A DNA stretch of 63,862 nt, filler included, from Octopus bimaculoides (GCF_001194135.2; 7 parts of 6 records of this genome joined end to end with filler, not necessarily neighbours in it); one strand, 5' to 3'. Shown: positions 13,701-27,164, counted from the whole stretch's first letter. Made by a program: numbers and translations. Notes: generated by a model not told the origin, from the sequence alone.

Positions 13701-15574
13701 NNNNNNNNNNNNNNNNNNNNNNNNNNNNNNNNNNNNNNNNNNNNNNNNNNNNNNNNNNNNNNNNNNNNNNNNNNNNNNNNNNNNNNNNNNNNNNNNNNNN
13801 NNNNNNNNNNNNNNNNNNNNNNNNNNNNNNNNNNNNNNNNNNNNNNNNNNNNNNNNNNNNNNNNNNNNNNNNNNNNNNNNNNNNNNNNNNNNNNNNNNNN
13901 NNNNNNNNNNNNNNNNNNNNNNNNNNNNNNNNNNNNNNNNNNNNNNNNNNNNNNNNNNNNNNNNNNNNNNNNNNNNNNNNNNNNNNNNNNNNNNNNNNNN
14001 NNNNNNNNNNNNNNNNNNNNNNNNNNNNNNNNNNNNNNNNNNNNNNNNNNNNNNNNNNNNNNNNNNNNNNNNNNNNNNNNNNNNNNNNNNNNNNNNNNNN
14101 NNNNNNNNNNNNNNNNNNNNNNNNNNNNNNNNNNNNNNNNNNNNNNNNNNNNNNNNNNNNNNNNNNNNNNNNNNNNNNNNNNNNNNNNNNNNNNNNNNNN
14201 NNNNNNNNNNNNNNNNNNNNNNNNNNNNNNNNNNNNNNNNNNNNNNNNNNNNNNNNNNNNNNNNNNNNNNNNNNNNNNNNNNNNNNNNNNNNNNNNNNNN
14301 NNNNNNNNNNNNNNNNNNNNNNNNNNNNNNNNNNNNNNNNNNNNNNNNNNNNNNNNNNNNNNNNNNNNNNNNNNNNNNNNNNNNNNNNNNNNNNNNNNNN
14401 NNNNNNNNNNNNNATAGGAATAAACGCGTCTTTTATCTTTTACTGGTTAAAGTTATTGGACTGCGTGCGGCCTTGCTGGGGCACCGACTTGGACAAATGG
14501 ATCCTATTACGACATTAAAATAAATAGGCTTACAAAGAATAAGTCCCGGGGTCGATTTGCTCGACTAAAGGCGGTGCTCCAGCATGGCCACAGTCAAATG
14601 ACTGAAACAAGTAAAAGAGTAAAAGACTAACTCTGCTTAATTATTCTGTTGGTCTGTTTTGCTGAACGGCTTGGTTACGTAGACGTAAACAAACCAACAC
14701 CAGTTGCTGGCGGGTGGGGGTGTGACAAACTCAAGCGAACACCCATACATATACGACGAGATTCCACACGGTTCTACCGTTTACCAATTTCACTCACAGG
14801 GCATTACTAGCTCCTTGGCTATATAGTAAAGAAAAAAATAATACTTGCCCAGTGAGCTGTGCTATGGGAGTGAAACTGAAACCACGGGTTGGAAAGCCAG
14901 CTTCCTGACCACGCATCCATACTTGCAACAATATGTACAAATACATACAGACATTCACACAAACACAGACATTAATGAAGAGGAACACCGCCTTGTGTGT
15001 GTGTGTGTGTGTGTGTGTGTCTACACATAGAAAGAGAAACGTACACACACACACACCTTGTTTCAGTCATGGGACTGCGGCCATGCTGGAGCACCGCTTG
15101 GAAGAATTTTTAGTCGAATGTATCGACCTCAGTACTTATTTCTACCGAACCACTAAGTTACAGGGACATAAACAAACTAACACCGGTCGTTAAACGGGGG
15201 TGAATGATAAACACACACACACACACACACGTATATATTCCTGATTCCATCTACTCACAAGGCTATGGTCTGTCCGAGGCTATAGTAGAAGACATTTGCC
15301 CAAGGTGTCACGCAATGGGACTGAAACCTGGAACCATGTGGTTGTGAAGCAAACTTCTTAAGACCACACATACTTTTTTGGTGTATCTTGGACTACGTTT
15401 AAAGCTTCAAATATTAGCCCCCCCCTCCCTCCCAAAAGGAGGAGTGGNNNNNNNNNNNNNNNNNNNNNNNNNNNNNNNNNNTCTACAGGGTATTATTTAT
15501 AGCTTTATATGTGTGCTTAGAGATATTCTAAAACGGAATTCACGTTCTCTGGAAAGTTGATAAAAGTCAGTCAA

Positions 15575-16660
15575 CATATGTATGTATATTTTCTGTTTTT
15601 AATTATTTAAACTCTTACTTTCAAGAAGGAGCTTGTTCCTAACACAAATTCAAAGCTTCCATCGTTGGAATATAGGTAACGAAAGCAATATCACATTTTA
15701 AACCTGAGAAAAAGTCTTGCATAATTTTACTGTTCCGCTTACAGATTATATTTATAAAGGCGGCGAGCTGGCAGAAACGTTAGCACGCCGGACGAAATGC
15801 TTAGCGGTATTTCGTCTGCCGCTACGTTCTGAGTTCAAATTCCGCCGAGGTCGACTTTGCCTCTCACCCTTTCGGGGTCGATAAATTAAGTACCAGTTAC
15901 GCACTATGGTCCATATAATCGACTTAATCCGTTTGTCTGTCTTTGTTTGTCCCTCTGTGTGTAACCCCTTGTGGGCAGTAAAGAAATAAGATTATATTTG
16001 TAATGTGCGAGTCAGTTGGTTGATTTCTTTTTCTGGGAATCCAAGCTTATCCAGACTGACAGTTTTAAGCATTTTACTCACGATATGAAGTGCAGCAACT
16101 GTTACTTGTATAAATGTAAATTTGTAAACCGGATATAAAAACTGGAGGTTCCGAAGCTGTTGCCCATTGTGGTCTTCTTTCTCTCGATTGTCATCAGCAG
16201 AGCAACTGACTTTTTTTCTCGTCTATAACCAAGCAATTATATCCGGTTTGTTATGCTTTCACTTGACGGATGTTTTGATGGGGATGTTCCACCAGTATTC
16301 TTTGTGCTGATATTCGTGTACGTATTCAATAACTATGGGGAGGTCTCTATAATTATTCCAGGACAGTCCCCTTTTCCCTTGGATGACATTGTGTATTGTT
16401 TTTGCGACGTCGTACCTTGATGACATTTTTGGGCAACTGCTAATCACGTGTGTGATGTCTTCCGCAAAAGATGTTTTCGATTACATCCAAAGGCTTCGCT
16501 ATCTCTTGTTCATGATTAGATATTTAGCAGCAATCTCCTGTTCTTGGATTGCAAATGCAGAGCCTCCAACGTGTAATGTGATGTCACAAGTCCAAGAGCG
16601 GCTTCGCTTCATGTCAATGTTACTGTCTTCTTCAAGTCTTCGAGCAGCATGTGTGTGTGA
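15575..16660 (-). mobile_element. Non-LTR retrotransposon 3' fragment with restriction-like endonuclease (R2/R4/NeSL group)
   Basis: FAIQEQEI, EDITHVISSCPKMS (CCHC knuckle), YWWNIPIKTSVK-KHNKPDII (PD motif), terminal SVSGTVKLCKTFL resuming on the far side of the SINE at 15754-15988. Confidence 0.8.
15754..15988 (+). mobile_element. tRNA-derived SINE family B, full length with TSD
   Basis: Head ggcggcgagctggcagaaacgttagc..gagttcaaattcc, body gtcgactttgcc..ggggtcgataaattaagtacc. 11-bp TSD agattatattt at 15743-53 and 15989-99. Further copies near 6430, 9500-9985, 17655-18000, 21490-21810, 22245, 37611-38670, 39640, 42340, 53880, 57074 and 61860. Confidence 0.85.
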
Positions 16661-17528
16661 GTGTATCAATCAAGTCGTGTCGAAGAACTTTCAACTCTTT
16701 GGTTAAGTCGTATTAGGCACCTGCCCTGGGCATTTTCTAGTTTCGGTGATGTTCATCCGTATCCGGATCTAAGCACAACAGATTTCTTTCAGACAGAAAA
16801 TAAGAAAGACCGAATGAGAGAGAAACGGAAGAATCGACACCCGTACCAGACTGGCCCTTTACTTGTCGATTCCGAAAGGATGAAAGGCAAAATTGACCTC
16901 AGCTCTATTTGAACTCAGAATATAGAATGCCGGAATTATTACCACAAAAGAATCTATCCAGCTTCTCTGCCAATTAGCCGCGCCGTGTATATTATATATT
17001 AAAACTATGCGTACTGGATTCGTCTTACAGCAGTTGAAGTTCCGATTCTTATAGTATTGATCTCTTGTCCAATGAGTCGATAGCGATGGGTTGGAACGGA
17101 TTTGTTAGAACGACAGACAATAGGCGTTTATATACCTGTTCCGGCTCTGGTGCATTCGGAATTCAGATCCCGCCATGTCTCACTCTCTCACACAGACACA
17201 AAAGCCGTGACGTTTTTGTCATGAGTTGTGCTCGCTTTCCACTTCCACCCCACACACACGCACACTCACATTCTATATATGGACACGCGTATTTATAATA
17301 CGTACGTGCGCACATGTACATCATTGGCTAGTTTCTGTTTTAAGTGTTAAAAAAAAAAAAGCTTTTTATTTCTAGTTCCTGGACCTGAAGTATTGGGATT
17401 GCCCGGAAGAAACCCGAATTTTTAACCTCATAATTGACATTTATCACTAGTATTTCAATATCTTATCAAACAGTAAGTCGGAAGGAGGATTACGATCCTG
17501 ATTAATATCGTGTGTGTGTGTGTGTGTG

Positions 17529-17560
<32 letters not shown>

Positions 17561-18237
17561 TACTGAGTGCTCGTTTCCTTCAGAGGCCGTCGTTTCAAGA
17601 GGTTCTTGGTGATGTTTCGTGGATTTTAATAACTAAGTACTTTTGTTTCGTTTTTTTACACTCTGAGTTCAAATCCTGCCAAGGTCAGCTTTGTCTTTCA
17701 TCCTTTTGAAGTCGATGTAATAAAGTACCAGTCAAATACTAGGATAAATTTAATCAGCTTGCCTCAGTCCCTCAAAAAATGCAGCCCTTTGCCAAAATTA
17801 ACAAAGAACTGCTACGATGGCGGCGAGCTGGCTGAGTCGTTAGCACGCTGGATAAAAATGCTTCGTGGCATTTCGTCCATCTTTACGCTCCGAGTTCAAA
17901 TTCCGCCGAGGTCCACCTTGCCTTTCATTCTTTCGGGGTTGACAAAATAAGTACCTTATCTCCACCCCTAAAATTGCTGGCCTTGTGCCAAAATTTGAAA
18001 CCTTTATTATCATCGTCGTTATTATTGCAGCGAGCAAGCAGAGTAGATAGTGCGTCGAACAAAATGCTCAGTGATATTTCTCCAAGCTCTTTACGTGTTA
18101 AGCTGGAATGCCACCAGGGATCAGCTTTGTTTTTTCGTTTTTCTGGATCGATTAAATAAAGTCCCGGTTGAGCACTGAGGTTAGCGTAAATTCCTTCCCA
18201 CCCAAAATTGCTGGCCTTGCGCCAAAATTTAAAAGAA

Positions 18238-18595
18238 TTATTGCCTTAGCTAAGTCGGAGGTATTGTTTTCAGTTGTGTTTGCTTGTTGGTTTGTCCGTG
18301 GACAAGATATCTCAAGATTTACTGGATGGATGAAACTTTCAGGGATGTTTGGCTACGTGACTGGCACAAACTGATTAGATTTCGGGATCTATCCGGTACC
18401 GGACAAGGATTCTGGATTATTTTTCCTGTTTTGTTACTTCATTTTTGAGAGCGGTCGGATTCATTTTTAGTTTCCTCGTTTGTGAGAACAGTCGAGTATA
18501 TTTCAGATATTCTCATTTTAAAAATCATCTCCAGCTAATCGTTGAGAGGACGTTGGTGTTGCCTTGGCAGAGGTTTGCACTATCTGAGTGCTCTT
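18238..18595 (+). mobile_element. Helentron-associated non-autonomous element (HINE/DINE-like)
   Basis: Starts attattgccttagctaag..gaggtattgttttc and ends gccttggcagaggtttgcactatctgagtgctctt; degenerate subterminal inverted repeats and T-rich ends typical of this class. Confidence 0.5.
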
Positions 18596-18814
18596 ATTAT
18601 TATTATTATATTATTTATATTCACTTCCATTTGGCACCCGTCTTTCATGCTGCAATTGTTTTAGTTTCTGAACAGGATCTAGGATCAAAACACTCACATG
18701 GCACGTACATCCCCNNNNNNNNNNNNNNNNNNNNNNNNNNNNNNNNNNNNNNNNNNNNTTAATTAATTAANNNNNNNNNNNNNNNNNNNNNNNNNNNNNN
18801 NNNNNNNNNNNNNN

Positions 18815-19420
18815 TTTCATTTAGGCATAGTGTATCTTGGACTACATTATTTAATGTGTCCTTTTTATTTTTTTTTAGCCCCAGGTCAGTCCTGATCCAT
18901 CAGACCTGTGATCAAAGATGTTTCATCTGTGACCATTATATCTTTCATTTAGGCATAGTGTATCTTGGACTACATTATTTAATGTGTCCTTTTTATTTTT
19001 TTTAGCCTCAGGTCAGTCCTGATCCAGCAGACCTGTGATCAAAGATGTTACATCTGTGACCATTATATCTTTCATTTAAGCATAGTGTATCTTGGACTAC
19101 ATTATTTAATGTGTCCTTTCTTTTTTTTTTAAGCCCCAGGTCAGTCCTGATCCAGCAGAGCTATGATTAAAATTGCTACGGCTGTGACCATCCCATCTTA
19201 TATTCAGGCATAGTGTATCTAGGACTACATTATCTAATGTGTCACTCCATGTTGTTTAGCCCCAGGTCAGGTCTTGTAAAACAGCCATAAATTCAGAGAT
19301 GTTCCAACTCTGACCATCCTGTCTCTTATTTGAACATAGTGTATCTTGGACTACATTAACTAATGCTCTCCTCTTTGTTGTTATTTAGCGCCAGGTTAGT
19401 CTTTGTAAAGCAAACATAAA
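18815..19420. repeat. About 128-bp minisatellite, roughly 4.6 copies
   Basis: catagtgtatc recurs at 18826, 18954, 19081, 19209 and 19335. Confidence 0.9.
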
Positions 19421-19926
19421 GTGCAGGAGTGGCTGTAAGTAGCTTGCTTACCTACCACATGGTTCCGGGTTCAGTCCCATGGCGTAGCACCTTGGGCAAG
19501 TGTCTTCTACTATAGCCTTGGGCTGACCAAAGCCTTGTGAGTGGATTTGGTAGACGGAAACTGAAAGAAGCCTGTCATACATATATATACTCTTTCTCTC
19601 TTTTACTCTTTTACTTGTTTCAGTCTTTTGACTGTGGCCATGCCTTTAGTCGAGCAAATCGACCCCAGGACTTATTCTTTAGAAGCCTAGTACTTATTCT
19701 ATCGGTCTCTTTTGCCGAACCGCTAAGTTACGGGGACGTAAACATACCAGCATCAGGCATAGGAGTGGCTGTGTGGTAAGTAGCTTGCTTACCAACCACA
19801 TGGCTCCGGGTTCAGTCCCACTGCGTGGCACCTTGGGCTAGTGTCTTCTAGTATAACCTCGGGCCGACCAAAGCCTTGTGAGTGGATTTGGTAGATGGAA
19901 ACTGAAAGAAGCCCATCGTATATATG

Positions 19927-19957
<31 letters not shown>

Positions 19958-20039
19958 TTGTCTCCATAGCATTGCTTGACAACCGATGCTGGTGTGTTTA
20001 CGTGCTCGTAANNNNNNNNNNCATACCAGCATCAGGCAT

Positions 20040-20205
20040 AGGAGTGGCTGTGTGGTAAGTAGCTTGCTTACCAACCACATGGCTCCGGGTTCAGTCCCAC
20101 TGCGTGGCACCTTGGGCTAGTGTCTTCTAGTATAACCTCGGGCCGACCAAAGCCTTGTGAGTGGATTTGGTAGATGGAAACTGAAAGAAGCCCATCGTAT
20201 ATATG

Positions 20206-20236
<31 letters not shown>

Positions 20237-20432
20237 TTGTCTCCATAGCATTGCTTGACAACCGATGCTGGTGTGTTTACGTGCTCGTAACTTAGCGATT
20301 CGGCAAAAAAGACTGATAGAATAAGTACTAGGCTTCCAAAGAATAAGTCTTGGGGTCGATTTGATTCGACTAAAGGCGGTGCTTCAGCATGGCCACAGTC
20401 AAATGACTGAAACAAGTAAAAGAGTAAAAGAG
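20040..20432 (+). mobile_element. tRNA-derived CORE-like SINE family A, full length
   Basis: A box (tggctgtgtggtaag), B box (ggttcagtccc), accttggg core-like segment, internal (TA)n(TG)n, tail gactgaaacaagtaaaagag. Partial copies near 440, 3335, 5700, 8400, 8790, 10990, 14455-15365, 19422, 24670, 29750 and 58882. Confidence 0.85.
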
Positions 20433-21047
20433 AGAGTATGCAACGAGTGACTTTTACTTCTTAGTCTTTCGCTGGCCCTTCCCTGTGATAAATACACCCT
20501 CCAGGGCTGGTTCTTCTATACTGCCCTCAGCCTGAACAGCCACCTCAAGCACCAGTATCCATTGCATCCATCAAGATGAAGGACCTTAGATATTTGCTAC
20601 AGGTTAACTACTTGGATAGGAGTTAACGCTACTGCCGCTGCCACCAGTGATTAAGTTATGCTGTGTGAGTGTGTGTGTGTGTGTGTGTATTTGTGCACAT
20701 GTACATATATGCTTGTGTGTGTGTGTGTGAACCCATAGGGTAACTGTTCCTTCTAGTTTCTTGGGTTAAGATGTGCCCTTAAAGAAAGAGGTACACACAG
20801 ATGCAGGTATGGCTGTGTGGTAAGAAGCTAGCTTCCCAACCACAGGCAGAATTGCAGTTCTGTGAGTCTGAGCAGATTCTAGAATCCCCAGGGTGGCAAT
20901 TGCTACTGAGAAGCAGTGGGGTGCTCTGCCGGTTTAGGATATATCTCTGCTTTGGCGATATTTAAACTAATGCAGTAAACTGGCTGAATGGTTAGTGCAC
21001 TGGACAAAATGCTCGGCAGCTTTCCATTTGTCCTATGCTGTGAGTGT

Positions 21048-21421
21048 GGAGGCGCAATGGCCCACTGGTTAGGGCAGCGGACTCGTGGTCATAGGATTGC
21101 GGTTTCGATTCCCAGACCGGGCGTTGAGTGTTTATTGAGCGAAAACACCTAAAGCTCCACGAGGCTCCGGCAGGGGATGGTGGCGAACCCTGCTGTACTC
21201 TTTCACCACAACTTTCTCTCACTCTTACTTCCTGTTTCTGTTGTGCCTGTAATTCAAAAGGTCAGCCTTGTCACACTGTGTCACGCTGAATATCCCCCGA
21301 GAACTACGTTAAGGGTACATGTGTCTGAGGAGTGCTCAGCCACTTGCACATTAATTTCACGAGCAGGCTGTTCCGTTGGTTGGATCAACTGGAACCCTCG
21401 ACGTTGTAAGCGACGGAGTGC

Positions 21422-21450
<29 letters not shown>
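21048..21450 (+). mobile_element. tRNA-derived SINE family C with (CAA)n tail
   Basis: Head ggaggcgcaatggccc..ggttagggcagcgg..tttcgattccc; nested in a family B copy with imperfect TSD atgctgtgagt / atgttctgagt. Confidence 0.85.
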
Positions 21451-21453
<3 letters not shown>

Positions 21454-22699
21454 TTCTGAGTTCAAATGTTCCTTTCTATTAAAGACAAAAGGCCTGAAAT
21501 TTTGAGGGGAGAGGGACTAGTCGATTACACTGGTACTTAATCTATCGATCCTGAAAGGATGAAAGGCAAAGTCGACCTCGATGGAATTTGAACTCAGAAC
21601 ATAGGGACGGATGAAATACTGCTAAGTATTTCGTCCAGTGTGCTAACAATTCTGCCAGCTCATCGTTCTGGGTTCAAATATTGCCAAGGTTGACTTTGCT
21701 TTTCATCCTTTCAGGCTCAATAAAATAAGCACCAGATAAACACTGGAGGTTGATGTAATCAACTTGTACCTTCCCTTGAATTTGCTGGCCTTGTGACAAA
21801 ATTTGAAACAATATCTAAACTAACTGATAGCTGGATTTTCTGTATATCAATGAAACTTTAGGGGTCTCCTGCCTAACCCTCATAAATTTTTGAAGTCCTT
21901 GTTGATGGCTGTTGAATGGAATTGCATCATGGGATAAAAACTGAAAGAGCTAAAGCCATATGGATCCTTTCTTCTTTGGCCAATTTCTAAGAATTCTCCC
22001 GTCTAATCGCCGTTGTCAAAATATGAAAGGACTTAAGTCATATAAAGGATTTCTTCTTTGGCCAAACCTTTTGTCATTTTGTCATTTTCTGAGACCTTTA
22101 CTGGGGTGTGCCTATACCATCTTTTTCCTGTTGTCATTCCATTGTTTTGGCATAGCTTCCTGTGTATATAGGTCCCGACTGTCATGTCTGTGGATACATT
22201 CCTTCTTAGTCAGGACTGGGCAGCCAGTCATCATTATTATTACCGAAGTGAGCTGGCAGAGTGGTTGGCATAATGGACAAAAAAACACTTTGCATTGTTT
22301 CTTCTGGCTGTAAGTTCTGAGTTCAAACTTCAGCCAAGGCTGACTTTGCTTTCATCCTTTCTGGGTAAATAAAATAAATATTAGTCAAGTATGGGGATTG
22401 ATGTAATTGACTAGCTCCGTCCCACCAAATTTCAGGCCTTGTGCCTTTAGTAGAAAACATTATTATTATTATTATTATTATTATTGCATTTAATTCTGTG
22501 CTAACTTCCACACATTTGATAATTTGACTCCACAATGTCTTTCTTCCATTCGCTCTTGTTGTTATGGTTGTTGTTGTTGTTTGCCAACACTTGTTTTCCT
22601 ATCGTGAGTCAGAAAGTGAAAGTAGAGTTAACGTGATTGGTTGTCGATAGCAAAGCTGTGAAATTATCAAGAGAGGTGTAAATGTAACACCTCGCTCCA

Positions 22700-22838
22700 T
22701 CTGCGGATGTGTGTGTCTGTGCACATATATGTACATATATACACACATATATATATATATATATTCAAATAGATGTACGCATAAATATACATATATGTGT
22801 GTGCGTGTTTATAAATATATATATGTACATATACATAC

Positions 22839-22886
<48 letters not shown>

Positions 22887-23103
22887 ACACATATATGTGT
22901 GTGTATGTTTATAAATATATATATACACGTGTATACATATATGTATATATACATTTATATACATATATATATAAATATATATATATGTACCTATAAATAT
23001 ATGTATGTGTATATGTATATATATATATGTATATATATACACACACACACACATAAATGTATATATATGTACATATATAGATATGTAAATATGTATGTGT
23101 GTG

Positions 23104-23136
<33 letters not shown>

Positions 23137-23270
23137 TCATGAGTGTGTCTGTGTATACATATTTATCTATTTATCTATCTGTCTACCTACTTACCTCTAT
23201 ACATACGCGTCTGCATGTATATAAGTGTATCTATGTGTGCATATTAATATATATATATATAAGTACATAT
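22700..23270. repeat. Compound (TA)n/(CA)n/(TG)n microsatellite
   Basis: Directly visible; source of the Y/I/M/C-rich ORF calls. Confidence 0.95.
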
Positions 23271-23294
23271 GTTTAGTGTTGGTTTAGTTTTAAG

Positions 23295-23835
23295 ATACGC
23301 CTCATGGGTGCTCTGGGGTGCATCATCAGTGATGCTTCTAGTGATGTCTCAGTGGGTTTCAGGTTTTTCAAAATCAGAGCTCCTCACCTAGCTGATGACC
23401 CTGCTGGGGGTTGATGAAGTCCCAATAATAGCAAACCATTGGTCTGCCCTCTTTATCTAAAGCCACTTTTAAAAGCCTTCTCTTCAGCTCCAATGTTAGA
23501 ATCTATATCCTTCCTCTTTGCTGTTCCAGCGACTCCAAACCCAGTCAGAACCTTGCAGTATGAACTCCTCACAAAACCTCAATGGCCCACTTCGGTTGCC
23601 TCACATCATGCGTGTCAGCCCCAATTGCTTCACTGCTCTCCAGTTCTTTGGTAGTTAGCAAGCTTCCTCTGATGAGTTCCCTCCATGTGTTTCTTTCAGT
23701 CAGTTCTCACATGATCACCTGTTTGGAGGCATTTGAAAAGATAGCTAGATCTGACTGATGTGCTGGGGCAGAGTAGTCTGGGAAGATCAACCGTTCCACA
23801 AGATCCACTCTCAGTTGCCAGCCTGGGACTGTGGA
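23295..23835 (-). mobile_element. RLE-type LINE 3' fragment, HERO-like
   Basis: Minus-strand translation across frameshifts: WQLRVDLVERLIFP..SDLAIFSNASKQVI..RKLANYQEL..GFVRSSY..LTGFGVAGTAKRK. Confidence 0.6.
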
Positions 23836-23944
23836 AGGTAGAAATGATGGTCATTGAAGTTTTAGTGAACTAAATTATTTTTTTCTCCTGTTCTGATTAA
23901 AACTGATGGCTTCTTTTTATAGAGTAAGTACTAGGCTTAGAAAT

Positions 23945-24336
23945 GTTGTTGTTGGCACTTCGTCGCTTACGACGTCGAGGGTTCCAGTTGATCCGATCAA
24001 CGGAACAGCCTGCTCGTGAAATTAACGTACAAGTGGCTGAGCACTCCACAGACACGTGTACCCTTAACGTAGTTCTCGGGGATATTCAGCGTGACATAGA
24101 GTGTGACAAGGCTGACCCTTTGAATTACAGGCACAACAGAAACAGGAAGTAAGAGTGAGAGAAAGTTGTGGTGGAAGAGTACAGCAGGGTTCGCCACCAT
24201 CCCCTGCCGGAGCCTCGTGGAGCTTTAGGTGTTTTAGCTCAATAAACACTCACAACGCCCGGTCTGGGAATCGAAGCCGCGATCCTATGACCGCGAGTCC
24301 GCTGCCCTAACTACTGAGCCATTGCGCTTCTACAAT
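23945..24336 (-). mobile_element. SINE family C with 11-bp TSD
   Basis: TSD ggcttagaaat at 23934-44 and 24337-47. Confidence 0.9.
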
Positions 24337-24612
24337 GGCTTAGAAATAATACATACGTTCGGTTTATACCACATCACCAGTTCTGCTTACCAAAAGTGGC
24401 CCACTTGGCACTGTGCATTTGTCGATCTTCTAGCACATTAACAGTCCACCTAGTGGTCTCCTTTATATATACATATACAATAATCTTTTGAGATCTTAGA
24501 TATTTTTTCTGAATCTCCTTGATTCTTTCAATGTGCTTGTTCTCTGGTATTAAATTGATATTAATTAATATCCAATTTTTTACACTACTGTTTTATATAT
24601 ATATATATATAC

Positions 24613-24644
<32 letters not shown>

Positions 24645-25201
24645 CGATAGATAGATAGATATACATATATTTCTTTTCTTGTTTCAGCCCTTTAACTGTG
24701 ACCATGCTGGGGCAACGCTTTTAGTCAGGCAAATCAACCCCAGGACCTATTCTTTGTAAGCCCAGCATTTATTCTATCAGCCCCCTTATGCTAAACTGCT
24801 AAGTTACAGGGATGTAAACATACCAGCATCGGTTATCAAGCGATGTTGTGGGGGGAGGGACAAACACAGACACACAAATACACACACATACATATGTATA
24901 TACATACATATGTATATATATATATGTATGTATGTATATATATACACACACACATATACATACACATGTGTGTGTATATATATATATATATATAAACAAT
25001 ATATGAGTATATGCACATGTATGTATATACGTTCATCTACATGTACATATAGATACATAACTGGGTACATGACATGGCAAAAGAACAAGGACAAAATGGT
25101 AAACAAGGTGCAACAAACAAGCAGGCCACATAGAAACATCCCCTTCATCAGCTGCCACCATTAAAACTCCGGCGTTTATCTGCATATATATATATACATA
25201 C

Positions 25202-25232
<31 letters not shown>

Positions 25233-25396
25233 CTCAGGCAGACTCCAGTAATTCTCTGTTTCTTTCCCTCTTCATCAACTGTAATTTACAACCCCCTGCC
25301 ACTTGCCGCCCCCACCACATCACTGTCTCACACTTTGCCGTCTAACAAGATCCTCTTTGCATCTGTACACCACCTTCACAGCCACCCCACCCCCTC

Positions 25397-25770
25397 CATC
25401 ACCATAAACATCGTCGTCGTCATCATCATCATCGTCATCGCTGTCATCATTCTCATGATTGTGATTACCCACATCTTACTCCTCCTCCTCATCATCACTA
25501 TCATGATAATGATGATGATGATGATAATCATCATCATCATTGTCATTATCATAATTGCAATCATCAATGTCATCATCATCATCACCATGATTATCAGCAT
25601 CATGATCATCATTATCATGAACATCATCATGATCATCATCACCATCATTGTCCTCATCATCGTCGTCATCTCCATCCTCACCATCATGATAATCATCATA
25701 GTCACCGTTGTCATCCTTGTCGTCATCATTACCATAGTCATCATCACCTTCACCACCACCACCACCACCG
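25397..25770. repeat. Degenerate (ATC)n trinucleotide array
   Basis: Directly visible; source of the poly-I, poly-M and poly-D ORF calls. Confidence 0.95.
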
Positions 25771-26223
25771 TTGCAATCTCCCACCCCACCACTATCCACT
25801 ACTTCCTATGGTTCCAAACCTCACCACTCCATGCCACCTGCACTTACTATATTTCTTCCAGCCACCACCACTACCACCACCATCACCAACAAACCTCCCC
25901 ATCCCACTGTTAATTACCATTCTTCTTACCAAGTCATCATCATCATCATCATCATCATCATCTCCTCCACCTACTTCTGCTCTCATAATTTTTACTCCCC
26001 ACTCCTTATTTGCTACTTCATCTCTGATCTTTTTTGCTTTTCTCTCTGTCTTTCTCTTTAATTTCTCATTAATTACTCTCTAGCTGCCTGCGTGACATCT
26101 TGTATACACACACACACACATATGTATATATATNNNNNNNNNNNNNNNNNNNNNNNNNNNNNNNNNNNNNNNNNNNNNNNNNNNNNNNNNNNNNNNNNNN
26201 NNNNNATATATATATATATATAT

Positions 26224-26254
<31 letters not shown>

Positions 26255-26256
<2 letters not shown>

Positions 26257-26787
26257 AGGTCTGATCAATAAGAATCCGGACTGTTGCGAAGCTGAACTCT
26301 GCAGAGTGAAGCCGCTTGCCACAGAATGGCCTTAAACGCTGCTGTGCATGCGCACTAAGTTTTAACGTTCTAGCTCACATCTGCTATTTTCAGCAGTGCT
26401 TGGAAGGAAGGTGTGTTGTGTTTGATTGTTGCATTGACCACAACAGAGAAAGTTGTCACGATGGAAAGTTGTCAGAGGCCGATGCAGAGTTGTAGAAAGT
26501 GTATGGAGAGGTGTGTATGAGCCACACACAAGTGTAGAAATGGTTCAGACGTTTCCAAGATGGCCAGAAACCTGTCGATATTGATGAATGTTCTGGGAGA
26601 CCTGCAACCAGCAGAACTGAGAAAAGCATTGTAGATGTGCATGCAGCTGTGAGGGGAAATCGTTGAATCACCATCCATGAGTTATCAGAGGATGTGCAGA
26701 TTAGTTACAGTTCAGTCCATTATTACTGAAGATTTGGGTATGAGACACGTATCTGCCAAGTTTGTGCTAAAACTCCCTTTCAGCTAA
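26255..26787 (+). mobile_element. mariner left end and transposase HTH remnant
   Basis: TA followed by gaaggtctgatcaataag (TIR); decayed KVYGE.CMS.TQV.KWFRRFQDG..SGRP.TSRT..ITI.ELSE..EDLGMR.VSAKFV. Confidence 0.8.
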
Positions 26788-26794
26788 CCAAGAG

Positions 26795-27164
26795 TCTGGC
26801 TGATGAAAGAGCAACTGTATTGAAAGATTGGCAAACTCAGAACCCTGACTTAAATATCATCGAACAAATGTGGACAGAAAAGAGTTAATCAGAAGAATCC
26901 ACACAATCTTGAAGAGTTATGGGAGCTCAGCCGCAGCAAATGACATACCTGTGAAGATGGTGAAGGAATCTGTATGCATCTCTTCCCAGGTGCATTGAAG
27001 CAATTATTCAAGCTAAGGGAAGCTGCACGAAATATTAACAATGTACAATAACTTCTTGAAATGAACAACATGAAATAAATTTTCATTATAGACATTTTTC
27101 TGTTTTAAAACACTGTATCTTGATTGGTTTATGTGAGGTGGCTGTAAACTTTTGCATGGCCACT
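26795..27164 (+). mobile_element. Tc1-type transposase C-terminus and right TIR
   Basis: DW.TQNPDLNIIEQMW, PRCIEAIIQAKG..TKY*, ending aaacttttgcatggccact. A second similar end (cttttgcatggtactg-TA) lies at about 27345-27361. Confidence 0.7.

Noticed and set aside
11162-14523. Long ORF calls made mostly of X (also 31-36, 43-45, 54-55 and 63 kb)
   Set aside because: Produced by N gaps, which contain no stop codons.
18759-18770. ttaattaattaa islands inside N runs (also near 30189, 37071, 44453, 55889 and 62075)
   Set aside because: Identical 12-mer with stops in all frames, always padded by Ns: an assembly gap spacer, not biology.
18815-19420. Possible CRISPR-like array or twister ribozyme repeat (TAA-TGTA...TACA on the minus strand)
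   Set aside because: Units are contiguous with no unique spacers and no cas genes; the P4 stem and GUC/AAG loop needed for twister are missing.
20040-20120. tRNA-like A/B boxes (many copies)
   Set aside because: SINE heads without an acceptor stem or full cloverleaf; no genuine tRNA gene seen.
19743-20290. Exact 269-bp tandem duplication across a 10-N gap
   Set aside because: Unmerged contig overlap. The same pattern occurs at about 53447/53495, 54465/54485 and 55359/55419.
23326-23400. CTGATGA motifs here and at 4653, 23670, 26810, 31849 and within the LRP2 exons
   Set aside because: No stem II followed by GAAA; those in exons are SDE codons.
25335-25913. Poly-I, poly-M, poly-D, poly-S and Y/I/C ORFs here and at 3340-3840, 22667-23276 and 27883-28563
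   Set aside because: Translations of simple repeats; no splice signals, domains or codon complexity.
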